Position numbers and translations under genes: made by a program. 20,000 nucleotides of DNA, from positions 115,347-135,346 of the forward strand of contig NW_008246178.1 of assembly GCF_000281045.1 (NCBI RefSeq), read 5' to 3'. Each line of letters starts with the position of its first letter. Position 1 is the first letter of the stretch. Source of the stretch: Saprolegnia diclina VS20 (lineage: Eukaryota). Below are positions 1 to 9,999 of the stretch, piece by piece. The notes beneath the pieces were generated by a model, which made no database searches, was not told the DNA's origin, and worked only from the letters and a program-made list of their open reading frames with translations.

Positions 1-1941
1 TTCTTATGCACCGTTGTGGCCAAGGAAGTCCAACAGGCCGCCGAGACACCAAGCATCGAGCTCTTCCGCGCCAACTCGCCTGGCATGCGCGTATGATACA
101 CAGAGCGTCGGACTGTTGGAACTGATGCTTGTCGCGGCGTAGCTGCTTAGCGAGTTCTCGTACCTCGTGGGCGACGCTTACTTTCGCAGCGTCCTCCTTG
201 CGCCGCTCGAGACGCTCTATGACAGCAGCGAGAGCTACGAAGTCAACGAGACCGTGCCGCTGGACGCTCTCAGCGCCAACCAATCGCGGCTCGAAGCCAC
301 GGCCCAAGCGATTCTCGACAGGTAGCGCTTGCATGTATGTCCTGGCGATCTCACAGCGACGTCGTAGTCTCTTGGCCGCCGAGTGCCCGGCGCCGCTGGC
401 CCGCGTCTGCCTCGCCTTTCGCCACTGCGTCGCAACAACGTTCCACACATACACGGACGCCGCGCTCGGTGGCTTCCTCTTCCTGCGCGTGCTCTGCCCC
501 GCGGTGGTGGTGCCGGCAAAAGCGCATTTGTTTCCCGGTCGACCCATGCCGCCGATCGCCCGCCGCGCGACCGTGCTCGTCGCCAAGCTGCTGCAGAATC
601 TCGTGCGTTCGACCCTCGTCCCGAGCCAATGTAACGTGGCGCGTAGGCCAACAACGTGCTCTTTGGCGCCAAAGAAGAGTACATGACGCCCTTCAACGGG
701 TTCATTCGAAAAAACTACGCGGCCGTCGTCGCCCTCTACGACCGCATTTGCACGAGCGCGACGGCGTCCGAGCACGCTCCGTACACGCTGCCGACTGCCA
801 TGTCCTACGCCACTGCGCTCGAAGTACCCATTTCGCCTCCTACCTCTGCCAACGACCGTGCACCTAGGTCGTCAAGCGCGAGCGTGTCAAGTCCGCGCCT
901 GTCAACAAGACGGAGCTGCTCCTGGCGCAGTCGACAGAGCCCACGGTGCTCATGTCGGCGCCGATTGACCGGTCGTCGCACACGAGCCACCGCCAGTCGA
1001 ACGTGCGCGATCGCACGTCGCAGTTTACGCGGAGCTTCGGCACGTTCGTGCAGCGCAGCAGCAACTTTTTCATGACGTCGCGCGGCGAAGGCTCGTCGAC
1101 GCGCGCCACCGAGACAGCGCGTCACCGACCACTACCGTGGCGCGACGTAAAAGCGCATATGGGCAGCCTCAACGCCACGGACGTGCGACCGCGACATAGC
1201 CAGTACATTGACGTACGTCTGTCACGATGACAGACCAACATCATCTCCATGTTTGGTAGTGGATCCAGCGCAGCATCGCGTACTTGGTCAAAGCGTCGGC
1301 GGAGAACGAAGACATGTTGTCGTGGCGGCCACTCAAGCAGAAGCACGGCGTACAGCTCTGGACGCGTGACGTCCACGCCATCACCGAAGTTCGGTACGCT
1401 CTCCCTCTTGCTCTTATCTGAGCTTATCTCGTTTCTTATTGTAGCGCGTCGGTGGTCGTTCGCAGCGGGAAGAAGGCATGCTTTAGCTACCTCTGCTCGT
1501 CCCGCGGCCGCAAGACGTGGGGCCAGGGCTGGAACTACGAACGGTACCATTGAACGGGCGTACATTCTCACAAACAACCTATGTAGCGAGGTTGAGCTCG
1601 TTGACCACACTACGCGCGTGCTGTACAAGTCGACGAACGGCAGCAGCCGGCTCTGGAGCTTCAGCGCGGACCAAGACATTGCGCTCCTCGAGAGTGCCGG
1701 CTACGACGCCGACCGACCCGCGACGCTCGTGTTCCAAAGCGTCTACCGCAGCGACGTGCCGCCCGTTCAAGGCTGCGCGCGCGTCGAACTGCGCGCAAGC
1801 GGCTTTGTGCTGCGCGCCGAAGGACCAACGGAAACGAGGCTCTCGGTCATTTACCGCTTTGACACGGGCCAGCAAGCGGGGTGGACCAAGCACGCGCTGG
1901 CGATCGCTCGCGTCAAACTCGACCTCGAGTCGTCCGTATAA
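1..1941 (+). CDS. RasGAP-domain protein (neurofibromin-like GAP domain) with C-terminal START-like domain; 5' end lies upstream of the window
   Basis: Exons 1-90, 143-321, 368-602, 647-823, 868-1212, 1260-1393, 1445-1543 and 1587-1941, joined by 43-52 nt GT..AG introns, give one open frame ending in TAA. RasGAP motifs: LFRANS (arginine-finger region), GGFLFLRVLCPAVVVP and RRATVLVAKLLQNL|ANNVLFGAKEEYMTPFNGFI. The C-terminus (WRPLKQKHGVQLW...EVELVDHTTRVLY...QSVYRSDVPPVQGCARVELRASGFVLRAEGPTETRLSVIYRFD) has the START-domain pattern. Confidence 0.88.
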
Positions 1942-1980
1942 TTTAAGACACGTTCTCCACACCAATGATTTGACTCGTTC

Positions 1981-3115
1981 TTAAGCGTGCGGGAGGATCC
2001 CGTGCAGGTACTCGTAGCTCGCAAACGGCTCGCTGCAGAGAGATCGCGTGAGGCCCAGCGTCCACTCGGCCGTCGCGTGGAGCGCAAAGCTCCCGAGGTA
2101 TACAAAGACGAGGCCGGCGCCGAGCCGCAAGAGCAACGGCCTACGCGCCACGTTAAAACGCAAAAAGGAGAAATGACGCACTCGAGAAGCGGCACGTAGG
2201 CGATCGACGCAAGGGAGTAGCCACCCGCGAGCAGCAATGTCCCCGGCGACACGAGCGCGGTGGCGGCGACCAGAAGCTTTCCGCCTACAGCTGACGATGA
2301 GAGCGTGGAGGCTTGAAAAACATACCGCCAAAGTAGGCGAGCATCGCCCTCGAGACGGCGTGCGTCATGCGAAACCCTTCCATTGATGACGTGGCTGTGC
2401 CGCTGCCGAGCTCGAAATGCACAAAAATGCGCTTGGACGACGACTGCAGAGGACGACGTATGAGACGGCGAGGTACACGAGCTATGGATCGCACCTGGTG
2501 AAAGACGCCGTGGTCGTGGATCGCCGTACTGTCGACGAGGCGGTTGTACAGCTCGACCTCGAGCAGCGCCATCCAGTGCGTCTACAGAGATGCGTGAGAG
2601 GCGCCAAGAAGCTTGGGAAGTGGCCGACTGTCTGGACGACGGGGGCGTCGGTGCAGAGGAGGAGCGAAACCAGGCCGAACGTGAGCACGAGCGCCGCACT
2701 GAGGATAGCGAGGAGCATATTGAGCACAAGGTACAATAGCACGCGGTACGAGGCGACTTGGAAGGGCAGGCCGATCCACGCCGTGGACGCAGCCGCACGG
2801 GGCTTTGGCGCGGCGACCGACCCGTACATGTTCGTCTAAATTTATTTCTGCATCCTCCTCGCTCCTCATTGGCGCGTCATTGGTGCCCTGTCTACCACCG
2901 TCCACGCGCGTCCACGTTGAGCCTCGCGCGTCCACGTTGAGCGCTGAGCGGCGCAGGTTTTCGTACGCCGTTGTGCGATGTACGGTATCTTGGAGCTGGA
3001 CAAACCCTTCCCGAGAGACGAGGCAGCGCGCACAAGGCGACGAAGATCCAGCGCAGGTGGTGTCGACGGCGTCCCTGTTAAGTGCGCACTGCAATGTGGC
3101 ATTCGGAAGGTCCAT
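1981..3115 (-). CDS. Uncharacterised membrane protein with about 4 TM segments; start uncertain (ATG 2829 or ATG 3115)
   Basis: Hydrophobic exons splice in frame through short GT..AG introns: MYGSVAAP...YRVLLYLVLNMLLAILSAALVLTFGLVSLLL...PVVQT|THWMALLEVELYNRLV...HQ|SSSKRIFVHF...LAYFGG|GKLLVAATALVSPG...AYVPLLE|PLLLRLGAGLVFVYLG...TRSLCSEPFASYEYLHGILPHA*. Stop is TAA at 1981-1983. An Inr/FPR-like TCATCTAATTTC just upstream of 3115 favours the longer form, but I could not find a clean splice from it. Confidence 0.7.
2905..2942. repeat. Tandem duplication of the 18-mer CGCGCGTCCACGTTGAGC (20-bp period)
   Basis: Exact copies at 2905-2922 and 2925-2942, with a partial CGTCCACG copy at 2899. Confidence 0.9.
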
Positions 3116-3172
3116 TTGCCGAAATTAGATGACTTCAGAGATGGCATGTGCCACATATAAACACAATCGCGT

Positions 3173-3993
3173 TCAGAGGAGCTTCTCGGGCGTGATCTCA
3201 AACGTGGCCAGCATGTCGTGGGCCAAGTAGGGCGAGAAGAGCACCTTGAGCGAGCGTATATTGGCGTGGCGCGTCTTGGCAATTTGGAACCTACGCCCAC
3301 GACGTCAAGATGCGAAGCCGTCGACCCCGTACCGTTGGTTGACGCAGGATGACCATGCGAGTCCAAGCGCGGGCACGGCAGCGTCGCGGTCGTCGGCCTT
3401 CATGTTGGCCGTCATCTGATTGATGACGACAAACGCGACGTTGAACTGCGCGGCAAGGATGCGCATGCAGTTGACCATCTCGAACATGACGCGCGTGCGG
3501 TCACCAGCCTCGGACGCCGACTCGACCGAGACGCCGCGGAAGACGGCAGTGATCGCGTCAATGACGACGAGACGTACATTGCGCTGGTCCAAAAGTGGTG
3601 GCAGCCGCGTCTTCTACGCATGAAATGGCTCAGACGCGCTTGCGAGGTGGCAACTACCAGTGCGTGGAGGAGCTGCGGGGCGTCTGTTGCAGCCTCAAGA
3701 AAGATGTGGTCCAGCGACACAGGCTGATCAGAGGCGCTCGCGAGCTGGTCGAGCCGTTTGAGAGGCGAGAGTCCGTCCGAGTACATGTAGCAGCTGCTGG
3801 CTTCGAGGCCGCCGGATTCGCGGGGCAGCTGGGCGCGCAGAAGAAGCTGCAGGCAGAGCTGCGTCTTGCCGCTGCCAGCGACGCCGCAAATCTCGGTCAC
3901 GAGCCCGGTCGGGAACCCGCCCTCAAGCAGTCGATCGACAGCCTCGCAGCCCGTCGCGATCGTTGCCGGCTCCTGGATCGCAAGCGCTTGCAT
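3173..3993 (-). CDS. XRCC3: DNA repair protein XRCC3 (RAD51 paralog), about 244 aa
   Basis: Exons 3993-3658, 3613-3333 and 3290-3173 (introns of 44 and 42 nt, GT..AG, phases consistent). Motifs: TGCEAVDRLLEGG, Walker A GVAGSGKT, QLPRESGGL, Walker B RLVVIDAI, VVINQ, VPALGLAWSSCVNQR and RSLKVLFSPYL, an XRCC3-like pattern. Confidence 0.88.
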
Positions 3994-4449
3994 TCAAGTG
4001 GCGTCTGATTGGTCGGATAAATTTGAATTTCAGCGAATCACAACGCTTCCCTTCGGTTTCATTCTCCCGTACGACACCTGGGGGCGCGACCGACATGTCG
4101 GCGCGAAGAGAAAGCGAGTAGCTCGCCGAGTCTCACACGCTCCGCAACGTCTGCGCGCGGAAGCCGTTGCGTGCTGGCTTCCAGCGTCCATGGATTTCAG
4201 CCAATCACTGGACGCAGTACATGCACCAGCCAATGGCACGCTGCCATGTTGCACGAGTTTGACCCAATCGCCTTCTCGATGGGATCGGGGCATGGTCGGC
4301 GTCGGGCACGTGATTGGCTACTTATCCGGATGCAAGATGTGATTGGCTTGGATCGAGAGAACGCGTTCCGGGTTCGAAAGATTTTGTTCGAAAATCCATG
4401 CTTTTGATGATCGGTAAGAAGCCAATTTCGCCACGAGCCCGCAAGCAGC
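3994..4449. promoter_or_regulatory. Divergent promoter region with seven CCAAT boxes and CHR-like TTYGAA motifs
   Basis: ATTGG at 4008, 4313 and 4342; CCAAT at 4201, 4230, 4264 and 4422; TTTGAA at 4022; TTCGAA at 4373 and 4387. Lies between the divergent ATGs at 3993 (-) and 4450 (+). Confidence 0.65.
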
Positions 4450-4866
4450 ATGAACCTCCGGTCGGGCATGAGCGTGCAGGACCTCAAGATGATGACGGCC
4501 CAGCGCGAGTACCGCATCATGATGGAGCAGCTCTCGTCGTCCTCGTCGTCCTCGTCAGCGTCGTCGCCGAGCTCCAAGCACAGCGGGTCCTTCTCGAGCG
4601 GCGTGCACGTGTCGTCGCCGCGCTCGACGCACAGCTTTAGCCTGTCGGAAGGAAGCAGCGAGCCGAGCCCGGTGGCCAGCCCCGTACTGGCGCCGCAGCG
4701 ACCACCGTCTCCGCCGCCGATGCAATTGCCGCACCACTACTACGCGCCCTCATCGTACGGCTACAAGAGCGCCGAGCAGCGCATGCTCGTGACCTGCGGC
4801 GGCCAAGTGGTGTCGCTCATGGAGGGCGTCCGGAACGTTCCGCAAGAGTGCTGCATCAGCCTCTAA
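4450..4866 (+). CDS. Small Ser/Pro-rich, probably disordered protein (138 aa), ending CCISL
   Basis: Single ORF from ATG to TAA with strong C/G third-position bias. It follows a promoter-like region and ends 54 bp from the convergent neighbour's stop. No family recognised. Confidence 0.75.
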   Translation: MNLRSGMSVQDLKMMTAQREYRIMMEQLSSSSSSSSASSPSSKHSGSFSSGVHVSSPRSTHSFSLSEGSSEPSPVASPVLAPQRPPSPPPMQLPHHYYAPSSYGYKSAEQRMLVTCGGQVVSLMEGVRNVPQECCISL

Positions 4867-4920
4867 GATGTCGTGTACAAAAACTCTGTCTGGGTGTCCT
4901 TTTGTAATATAGCGTGATCT

Positions 4921-7900
4921 TTATTCTCGTCCAAGCACGGCTTCGAGGCTCGCTAGCACCTCTTTTTCCGTGAAATACTCGGTCGTTTGGTCCGTTTTGC
5001 CCGATATCCGAGCCACGTCCGGCAAGAGTAGCAGTGGCAGCGCATCGCGGCGCGCGTCGTTGCTGCGTGGCGCCAATGGCTGAGCCGGCAGCGACCGGAT
5101 CGGCGGAGCGCCTGGCCACGGGGTAATGATGCCGCCGCACTGCTCAGTCGCCTCGTACAACTAGTGCGTGGCTATCAGATCTCGTCTTTCTCGAATGGCT
5201 GCTGTACCTGGTTCATCAAGTGCCAGAAGCGCTTCCACACCATTTGCACAGTGTGCTCGCCGGGACTGCCGCGCATCACTTGGAAGCCGGCGTAGCCTTC
5301 GACAAGGCACTTGAGGCAGCCGCAGCCCGCGCCTTGGCAACTGCGCAATGCGTGGGTCTTCGGGCAGTCGCGCGCCAGCGCCTCCAGCGTTCCCACAAAG
5401 AACGGGCGCAGCGACGGCCAGACCTAGAGCCATTGAAAACATAAGATCTTTCGACACAGCACTACCATGTTGAGGTCGGCGAGCGAGTTGACGGTCGCGC
5501 CGAGGTCGTCGTCGGCCATCCACGCTTTTTCGTCCAAGCCGTTTTCTTTGGCGACGCTCAGGAACGTCTCGGCGTCGATCGAGTCGCTGCCGGTGCGCCG
5601 GAGGGTCTCGCTAAAGAGGAGGAGGACATCGGCGTCGTCGAGGCGCTTGTCGATCGAGAGCACAATCCGCTGGAACTCGGCAAAGCTCAAAACACCGTCG
5701 CCGTTGTTGTCGCCAGCGCGGAAGGCGTCGCGCAAGTGCGCTTCGCGGCGGCTTTGCTCGTCGCGCCACTCGGCCACGACAAGGTCCAAAAACACATCGG
5801 CGGCCACGACTTCGTCGCCGACGTCGGCGCGCGGGCTCTTGCCACGCAGCAGCTTCTCGAGAAAGGCCGCGATCGCCGCCGGCCGCATGGACGCGAGGCA
5901 GTGCGTTGCCGCGTCCATCGCACGCTCCAGCGGAATGTCCCAGTCGGCGCGGTCGGGCACCGGAAGCCGCGACACGCGGCCCTTCTTGGGCGCGTCGTCG
6001 TCGACGTCCATCTCGAGCAGCGTCTCGAGGCAGTTGAGGTAGTGGCGTAGCTCCGCGGCCGGCACTTCGTGGTACACAAACTTGCAAAAGGCGTCGACAC
6101 GGAGGCAGTCGCTACGATACTGGTCGAGCGCGACGCCGAGCGCGATGAGGTGCATGTCGGCGATCGACGGGAGGCCGTAGGCGTGCAGGAGCGTCTGGTA
6201 GCAGATGCGCGCGAGCGAGTTGGCCTTGAGCGGCTTCGTCTCGCGCTTCCGGCGATAGAGCTTCTCGGCGTAGACGTCCGAAATAAGTTTGAGGACGACG
6301 CCGAGCGGCTTCTTGCAGTACTGCGCGAGCTGGTCCGAGTTGATCTTCCACGACGTGACGAGCGACGCGAACGCGTTGGGCACGACGCTTCTGTCGAGCT
6401 TCTTCTTGTTTTTGGATTTCTTGAGGAGCGCAATCACCGTCAGCGGCGCCTTGCGCACTTGAACCGGCTCGTCGTCGTCGTCACCACCCCCATTGCCACT
6501 TGCCTAACACCGTATGATGAGGAGGATGATGGAGTGCAGCCTGAGACACCGTCGCGGGAAGCGCGGCGCCGTCGTCGTCGGTCTGGCACGCGACGCTCGC
6601 CGTGCCCTCGGGCAACGATCGCAGCGCGCGTTCGTGGAGCGTGCTGTCGCTAAAGCGCCGGAGACCGCGCGACGTCGAGGGCGTCGACGACACCCGTCGG
6701 TCTGAAATTTCGCGCAGTGCGAGCAGCTTGTGGCGCGCATTTGGCGCCTACGATACTCAATTGAGCGTCACTAACTCAAGTACGAGCGACCGTCGACTCG
6801 GTCGGTGGCATGGCGCCGAACGCGCCCTCGACAATATCGTCGAGCAACTCTGCTCGGCCCGTCGCGTTGTACGTGGCGACGACGTTGCTGACTACGGCTT
6901 CGAACGTCGACGTGGACGCGCGCCGCATCGCCCGTTGCAGCAGCTGCGCCACGTCTTCGGCGCTGAGACCGGACACGAGTTGCATCTCGAGCGATCGCGG
7001 GCCGTTCGGCGCGACCTCGGGCATGGACGCGGCGAGCGACTGCAAAATGGTGGCCCGCGCCTCGGGCTCCAGTTGACGCAAGACCTCGAGCGTCGTCGCA
7101 ACAGTTTGTCCGACCTCGACCAAGTGCGGCGGCGTATGGGGCGCCGACGTCGAACTAGTCGGTGCTGCTTCGATTGGCGGGGCAGTCGGAGCTACGGCGG
7201 GAACGACGGCGGCCTGGACAGTGGCAGAGGACAGGACGGCGGCGGGCGCGGCAGGGTGGACGGACGGGCGAGGGGCTGCGGGGTTGCCGCCTGCGCTGAC
7301 GGCGAGGCCAAAGAGCTCGCGCACGTAGCGCTGGATGGACTTGACGGGCTTGGCCGTCTCGAGGTCGACGCCGTGAGCCTCGAGGTCCTTGGCAATGGCC
7401 TCCATGGTCGCGAAGAGCACGTTGAGTCGCATTTCGTTGGTCATTCCCGCCACGTGTTTCTTGAACGGCTCAAGGAGAAAGAGGCTATGGGCGTCCAGCG
7501 CGAGACGGTCCGCGAGCGAGAGCGACCCGAGGTAGTCGGCGACAATCGTCTTGGCGCCGTCGCCCTTAAGGAGCGTCTTGAGAAGCCGCAGCTTCCCGTC
7601 GCGCGACACGATCGAGGAGTAGACGGCGTCAATGACAAAGTGCTCAAGATTGATGTGCTCGGAGGTTGTCCACGTCTGGAGCAGCTTGCACACGTCGTGG
7701 AAGAGCGCCTTTTGCTCCTACACTACACACTTCAACACCCGTGGGCGATGAAAAGAAGCGCATCACCAGCGGCGCAAACGGCGTCGGGGACGCTGCCAAC
7801 GCCGTCAGCGCCTCGTGCAGGCGGCGCGGCGTGAGCATGGTCGCGGACACGGGGCGCGGAGTCGTCGCCTCGGCGAGCTGGCGGCGCTGGTCCGGCGAGA

Positions 7901-9626
7901 GCGCCGACATGAGGTCGTTGAGGAAGTCGTATTCGTGGCGAGCACCGAGGGCGACCTCCAAGAAGCCGGCGCGGCAGCCGGGCGAGCTGCAAAAGTACAT
8001 GTGCACGAGACACATGGGGTCGGCCACAAACACGAGCGAGTCGCGGATCCGCGCGAGCTGCGCCTCGTCGCGCCCGAGGATGTTGGCGAGGACGAGCGCT
8101 TCGCCTTCCGGCCTACTCCATAGTTTGGTGACCTGACGGTACGATCTACTACGGTGCACCCGAGGGTGTTGAGAATGGCCTCTGTGCGCTCGACAAGACT
8201 GAGCTCATCGAGGAGACCCGCCACGACGATGCCCTTCGTGTCGGTGTCGAGCACCTTGGCGAGCGCTAGGATCTGGCGGCAAATCTGCGACGGCGTCGAC
8301 GACGACGCGTCCGAAGGCTCGTGGCGGGATTGGCCAGCGAGCTTGCGCCCGAGAGCTTTGCGGATGTCGTCGGGGAACCGTTGCAAGCCGCGTTCAATAA
8401 GGTCTGCCGAGCACACTTCGAGCACGCGGACTTTGTCAGCGTCCGTGAGGTTCTACGCGTTCTATCCAGCGACAGAGCACGATGACCAAGAGTACGTACG
8501 CGCACAGTGGTGCGTCGGGGCAGCCCGAGGTGCGACGTCAGCGCCTGATCGTGCTCGAGCTCTCGGAGCTGCACGAAGAAGGGCTTGCGCTGGTAGAAGG
8601 ACCGCACAACGTCGCCGATCGCGCTGGGCGCTGCCTCGGACGCTTGGGCCATGTGAAAGTGCAGCCCGTCCATCTTGGCGCCAAAGTGCGACGAGCCGTA
8701 GATGCTGTACTCTATGCAGCGACGACTAAGAAATTATAAGACACAGGTATGCGGTCGCACCGAGACCGATCACAATCTTCTGCAAAAGCGACTTGTAGCT
8801 GCCGAGGATGCCTGGCATTTTGTACAGGGCCGCAAAGCAAGCGGCTGTCTCAATGACATTCGGCCGACCGGCCTCGGCCGTGAAGTTTGTGAGCTGGTCG
8901 AGCTTGTACTCGGTGAAGAGCGCAAACGACGTAAACTGGCCTTTCTCCGCCTCGTACGTCTGGAGCCAGTGCTCGACCTCGGCGTCGGCGCAGAGATATC
9001 GCTGCGCCTGCAGAATCTCGCGACCTGGCGCGTTCGCAGACGGTAGCAGCGTCGACTTGAACGAGACAGGCGACGGCTCGGTCGTCATGGGCCGGGTGTC
9101 GACGATGGGCTTGCATGGCGACGGCTCTTCTGCCAGGTGGCCGCCGAGCAGTACGTGATCGATCTGCAGCTTGATGCTCGAGAGGCGCTGGTCCAGCCGG
9201 TCCGCCTCCAAACTCGTTTGGATGATGGGGTGCACGGCGCCGCCCGCCAGCGGCTTTCTACGCAAGACGCCATGAGGCGAGCGAGCCGACGAGTGCTAGG
9301 CGTACAGGTCGGTGCGCTTGCGTCTGTATTTGTTTGGCTGCGTCGCCTCCAAGATGGGGTTGACCTTGAACGGCTCCATGCCCCTAGCTCAATGCATGGG
9401 CGACGATCATAATCCTGCACGCTGTCGCACCCCGTCCGCTCTTGGTTGTTGTCGCGTCGCAGCGTGTCGGCTACAGCGAGCCCATGAGCGTTTTGTGCAA
9501 CACGTGCGGAATCCTACGCGCCGGCTTGGCCACCGCCCGCGGCGACGTGCTGTTGGACGCGGTTGTTGTGCGTCGGAGTCCCGGCGCGCGGGGCTTCTTG
9601 GGCGAGGGCTGCTGGCGCCCGTGCAT
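4921..9626 (-). CDS. Large multi-exon EF-hand-containing protein of unknown function
   Basis: Probable start caaaATG at 9626 (MHGRQQPSPKKPR...). Coding blocks in ORFs 8726-9265, 8266-8673, 7805-8425, 7644-8159, 6776-7693, 6481-6693, 5424-6458, 5175-5396 and 4921-5160. The junctions I checked around 6500-6790 splice in frame; not every junction was traced. Canonical EF-hand FRAGDNNGDGVLSFAEF at about 5670-5725, with a degenerate second hand (TGSDSIDAETF). Stop TAA at 4921. Confidence 0.75.
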
Positions 9627-9904
9627 TTTGACTCCGCCGTTTCTGGGAATCCCAACTGCAGCGAAACGCATGCCAACCTTGAAGACTTGATCTCGTCAAG
9701 AGAACGGAAGCTCTCGGGAAGAGCGCGACCGTGTTCAGGCGCTGCCGTTAACATCACTTTGGCGCCCGTTCCATGCTCTTCATGTCCTTTGGTTGCCAAC
9801 GAAGTTCATTTCGACTACGATATTTCTGTTGTCGACTAAAGATGGACTACGCGTCGACTAAAATTGAGTTGACCACCGTGGCCTTTCCCGCATCGCCCGT
9901 TTCT

Positions 9905-9990
9905 TTGCACTGATTGGCCAAAAAGCGGACTCCGAACGACAGGATTGGTCGATTTAAAGCTTGACGGCCCATGTTGTATTTAAATTTCGG
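9905..9990 (+). promoter_or_regulatory. Promoter of the coiled-coil gene: paired CCAAT boxes plus TTTAAA motifs
   Basis: GATTGG cores (ATTGG at 9913 and 9944, 31 bp apart), then TTTAAA at 9953 and 9979, immediately upstream of ATG 10000. Confidence 0.6.
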
Positions 9991-9999
9991 GCTCGGGCG

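Noticed and set aside
2978..3160. 60-aa + strand ORF (MYGILELDKP...GMCHI) ending just before the XRCC3 stop
   Set aside because: No recognisable motif and no clear promoter; it overlaps the likely 5' region of the minus-strand gene.
3173..3993. Prokaryotic RecA/RadA or a defence-system interpretation
   Set aside because: Spliceosomal introns and XRCC3-type motifs show a eukaryotic RAD51 paralog, and there is no operon structure.
6602..7834. 410-aa + strand ORF and many other long antisense or alternate-frame ORFs
   Set aside because: These are shadow ORFs of GC-rich genes, with Arg/Ser/Ala-rich composition and no motifs.
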